A stretch of DNA of 64,000 nt from an uncultured archaeon (GTDB lineage: Archaea; Thermoplasmatota; Penumbrarchaeia; JASLWR01), in the NCBI GenBank assembly GCA_964430885.1, contig CAYSHM010000006.1, positions 1 to 64,000 of the forward strand, given 5' to 3'. Positions 60,736 to 64,000 of the stretch are shown here, in pieces (positions within the stretch are counted from its first letter, which is position 1; every line of letters begins with the position of its first letter). The notes under the pieces are model-generated. The model saw only the letters and a list, made by a program, of their open reading frames with translations, ran no database searches and had not been told where the DNA came from. A program made the position numbers and the translations under genes.

Positions 60736-63700
60736 TCATCGGGAATATGGTTTTTCCTGCCCACCTATCTTAATTGTTCTTCCATCTGAACTGCCATGAC
60801 CTGACATTTTGTCCGATCCGAAATCGTACCTGTTCGCATCAGGGTCGCCCTGTTTGTTGGATTTCAAAACCTCAACCCGTCTTCTAGCACTGTTTGGATT
60901 GGAACTGCTGACCTTGTTCCTGGCAGCAATATCCCTATGGACCACGCCTTCTTGATGAAGCGGGGGAACAGGGTCGAGTTCTGGTGCAGGCCCTGCTGAA
61001 GCAGTTGTATTGGACCTTGACGAATTATAATCCTGTGCTTTAGTGCCTCCTGAGCCTCCGGAACCACTTCCTCCTGGTTCCTGCATAAGCTGCGGAGAGC
61101 TCATATCAATTGGTTTAGATATTTTTGGTGGTTTTTCTGGGTCCATCCTGGCCGAGGTAGTGTTTGACCGTGACGAATTGTAGTCTTGGGCTCTTGATGC
61201 ACTACCTGCTGATGAGCCAGCTGCGGCTGCCTGCCCATATTTCACCCTGCCGGGTCTTTTTCTTAGTAGTGGATCTTCACCTGTATCCGCCTGTGGCTGA
61301 ATCCTATTTGTCCGTGTTGTGTTATGATTAGCAGGCGATGCGGTATCGATATCACTCCCTCCGTTCTTTTTTAGCGTTCCGCCAGGCCTTTTTCTTACAA
61401 CTTTATCATTACCATTGCGGAGTATATCATCGCCGCTTTCCACCCCGCTTGTTGTATTTGACCTTGAAGAGTTGTAATCCTGTGCTCTGCTTTGATATTG
61501 ATCATATCCCTTTTTCCCGGAAAATCCTCCTGAAGCCGGTCCCGCAGCAGAGGCAGGTTCATACATAGGATTCTCCCCCTGATTACCGTTCCCCTGATAC
61601 AGGGGGTTGTTGCTAGAACGTCCCGATCCTTTGGTTAGAATACAGCCCAAACCTCCTAATATAAGACCCGATACCAGACCGAGGAGTACCCATGGAAGGA
61701 TACTCTCCTTCTCATCAGTTTTGTTCTTAGATAATAGGGTGTTAGGGACTTCATTTACATCTGAAGGATCAGTTCGATTTTCGTATTCCTCCATGTTTGA
61801 GAATCCATCACCGTCATCATCTGCCTGCGAGTCGTCGACCTTGGGATCTGTGCCGTGTTCACTCTCCCATCCGTCGGGGAGACCATCTCCGTCTGTGTCC
61901 GAATCGTTCACATCCGTGCCCAACCGTATTTCCTCAACGTTTGTAAGGCCGTCCCCGTCTTTATCGTACATGGCATCGAATGGGTCCAATGGGTCCAACC
62001 CATAAGATAATTCGTCGGAATCCAGTATGCTGTCCCCGTCGTCATCATCATCCAGAGCATCGGAGATTCCATCCCGGTCGGTATCCATATAGGCATCAGG
62101 GTCCAGTGGGAATGCGTCAGTGCTATCATCTATCCCGTCCCCGTCATCATCATCATCCAAAGCATCAGCTATACCATCCTTATCGGTATCGGAAGGAAAT
62201 GAAGTGTTATCCTCTGGATCGGATCCCAACAGCTCTTCTATGGCATCTGGCCAACCATCCCGATCCTTGTCCAGGCGACCCTCCCCAGAACTGTTCATAT
62301 TGTATTCATTTTCAGTCAGGTTTCCCGCGGGTAATACGACCGTAATAACTGCTGAATCGGTCCCCGTTAATCCCTGTTGGTCCATGACTTTGAGTTTGAT
62401 CCGATAATTTCCCGGCTCTTCAGGGTGAAATGTGAACCATTTTTCATATATCTCAGCTGATGTACCGTTGAATTCAATGGTCCAGGTATAATTGTCTATC
62501 CCAATATTATCCATGCTGGAATTGCCGGAAATTGTATTTCGGTCCCCCAGAACTATCATTTCCTCGGTCTCAATTACTGCATTTGGAGCATGAATATCGA
62601 ATAATGGTCTGGTATAGATGGGAGAAAGATTGAAATTGCCGGAGATGTCGCTTGAATTGAATATATAACTCAGGTTGCTGGAAAGGTTGTTAATCATAAG
62701 AAAATTGTTCCAATGATCGAGCTGACCACCTTCCATTGTGAGGTTCATCTTTTGTCCCTGTCCATACCAGTATTGCATGGTTACCATTTCCACTTCAATA
62801 TTATCATAGGAGGATGCTGTGAAGAGAACGTTTTCTCCTGCAATAATCTTCGGTTCACCTGCTTCCATTACCTCAGGCGGTATCCTGTCCAGAACCGCCA
62901 TTTCTCTTGCGGGTGTATTCATTGTATTGCCCGCCATGTCCTCGGCGAGTATGGTATGCGTGATATTACCCATGATATCGTCAGGGATCGTTAGATTGTA
63001 GCTCCAGTACCCTCCACCCTGATGTTCCATTGTGTGTTTGTGCGTAATACTATCTTCATACATAGTTATCTCAAGGATGACTTCTTTCAGCCCGATATCA
63101 TCAAAGACCTGGGCGCTGAATTCCCAGTACTTCCCGGAAAATGCTGGGCCTTGCATTGTTTTGTCAACTATCACCGGTGATTTAATGTCTCTGGGAATAA
63201 CCCTGGGAAAACTATCCTGGACCGGTTTCATTCTATCAGGGATATCTATTTCATAAGGCGTGTTCCAGATGTATGAATCATAAGTAGCGTTGGGATATCT
63301 TTCTGACATATCTGACCAATAATTTCCTATTCCGCCGTTGTCCCATTTGTTATTGTACCCCGCGTCCTTAGCCTGAACGCCACCGTTGTTGTTATCGGCA
63401 AAATTGTTGCTGTAAATTGATATGGATGTCGTTTCGAACCTCAGATGTAGGCCGTAAATCTGATTCCCCAATAGAGAGTTGTTCCTGATCAGAATGTTGT
63501 AGGAGGCCAATATTGAAAAACCATACTTGCCGCCAGTAGCAGTGTTGTTGTCTATGATGACGTTCCCGGTATTGTTGAGAAACAGTCCCGCTCCTTGGCT
63601 GTCGATCATATAATTGTCCTTTATCATCACATTCTGAACATTGAACAGGGATATACCTCCGTTTTCAAAATACTTGTTTGTTCCTCCATTAACGCTTTTG

Positions 63701-64000
63701 ATGGAGTTGCCCTGTATTATGATATAATCAGTAGTATTTCCAATATAAATGCCGTGTCCGTAACCTACACCGTGAATATCCCAGCCGCTGATGATGTATG
63801 GATCATCCTTGGTTCCGTTCCCGCCGTTTGTTCCATTTTCGGGTGTTAGATCCTTTCCGCTGTTAATAATTATAGGTTCCCGGACATTGTCTCTGGGGTC
63901 GCCCTTATCCATGACTCTTTCATTTTCATCTATCTCGTCCGTACCTGATACCCATGTAAATATAAAAGGAACCATGAATATCGTGATTATCAAAGCAATT
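60736..64000 (-). CDS. Single-pass surface protein (5' end beyond the window): NosD/beta-helix, Ig-like, PKD and Ca-binding DxDxDG repeats, TM, ~300-aa motif-mosaic tail
   Basis: The frame stays open to the window edge; G.GTKDDPYII and parallel beta-helix repeats, GNYWSD, SMDNIGIDNYTW…PGNY PKD, TM ILPWVLLGLVSGLILGGLGCIL. Confidence 0.85.
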   Translation of the reverse strand, partial: IALIITIFMVPFIFTWVSGTDEIDENERVMDKGDPRDNVREPIIINSGKDLTPENGTNGGNGTKDDPYIISGWDIHGVGYGHGIYIGNTTDYIIIQGNSIKSVNGGTNKYFENGGISLFNVQNVMIKDNYMIDSQGAGLFLNNTGNVIIDNNTATGGKYGFSILASYNILIRNNSLLGNQIYGLHLRFETTSISIYSNNFADNNNGGVQAKDAGYNNKWDNGGIGNYWSDMSERYPNATYDSYIWNTPYEIDIPDRMKPVQDSFPRVIPRDIKSPVIVDKTMQGPAFSGKYWEFSAQVFDDIGLKEVILEITMYEDSITHKHTMEHQGGGYWSYNLTIPDDIMGNITHTILAEDMAGNTMNTPAREMAVLDRIPPEVMEAGEPKIIAGENVLFTASSYDNIEVEMVTMQYWYGQGQKMNLTMEGGQLDHWNNFLMINNLSSNLSYIFNSSDISGNFNLSPIYTRPLFDIHAPNAVIETEEMIVLGDRNTISGNSSMDNIGIDNYTWTIEFNGTSAEIYEKWFTFHPEEPGNYRIKLKVMDQQGLTGTDSAVITVVLPAGNLTENEYNMNSSGEGRLDKDRDGWPDAIEELLGSDPEDNTSFPSDTDKDGIADALDDDDDGDGIDDSTDAFPLDPDAYMDTDRDGISDALDDDDDGDSILDSDELSYGLDPLDPFDAMYDKDGDGLTNVEEIRLGTDVNDSDTDGDGLPDGWESEHGTDPKVDDSQADDDGDGFSNMEEYENRTDPSDVNEVPNTLLSKNKTDEKESILPWVLLGLVSGLILGGLGCILTKGSGRSSNNPLYQGNGNQGENPMYEPASAAGPASGGFSGKKGYDQYQSRAQDYNSSRSNTTSGVESGDDILRNGNDKVVRKRPGGTLKKNGGSDIDTASPANHNTTRTNRIQPQADTGEDPLLRKRPGRVKYGQAAAAGSSAGSASRAQDYNSSRSNTTSARMDPEKPPKISKPIDMSSPQLMQEPGGSGSGGSGGTKAQDYNSSRSNTTASAGPAPELDPVPPLHQEGVVHRDIAARNKVSSSNPNSARRRVEVLKSNKQGDPDANRYDFGSDKMSGHGSSDGRTIKIGGQEKPYSR
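61003..61485 (-). repeat. Three dispersed copies of the peptide AQDYNSSRSNTT
   Basis: Copies at 61450-61485, 61156-61191 and 61003-61038; identical amino acids, different codons. Confidence 0.95.
61750..62275 (-). repeat. Thrombospondin type-3-like Ca-binding repeats
   Basis: DKDRDG, DTDKDG, DDDGDG, DTDRDG, DKDGDG, DTDGDG, DDDGDG units with E…G.DP spacers. Confidence 0.85.

Noticed and set aside
61003-61485. DNA-level repeat-spacer array or DGR template/variable repeats
   Set aside because: The copies differ at synonymous positions without adenine-specific bias, spacing is irregular, and there is no reverse transcriptase in the window; conservation is at the peptide level.
60736-61635. A real protein kinase, Hcp or OmpA domain in the tail
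   Set aside because: Only 10-15 aa fragments match; the surrounding sequence is low-complexity and lacks the other required elements. The RRVE similarity to OmpA is too short to claim.

Overview
This is an archaeal chromosome segment. The best fit is Thermoplasmatota, inferred from aIF6, class I LysRS, Bud32, ABCE1, CarS, a DUF6015-like protein and a giant AglB fusion. Most of it is housekeeping: translation and ribosome quality control (aIF6, glyS, lysS, rpl15, ABCE1, RqcH, two tRNAs), the translocon (secY, plus a Sec61beta gene missed by the ORF track), ether-lipid and glycosylation genes, and a pycB-pycA-birA-symporter operon. I found no CRISPR array, integrase, transposase or rRNA. Three things stand out. 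(1) A single-pass surface protein (60736-64000, minus) has a tail after its TM helix that is a mosaic of short motifs: an integrin-beta-like twin NPxY, three identical AQDYNSSRSNTT peptides with heavily diverged synonymous codons, and isolated fragments resembling a Tyr-kinase catalytic loop, Hcp and a contractile tail tube. (2) An intact, apparently monocistronic contractile tail-sheath gene sits alone with no other phage or CIS genes in the window. (3) There is a bacterial-type preQ1/queuine TGT. All family calls come from recognising motifs by eye; no database search was run.
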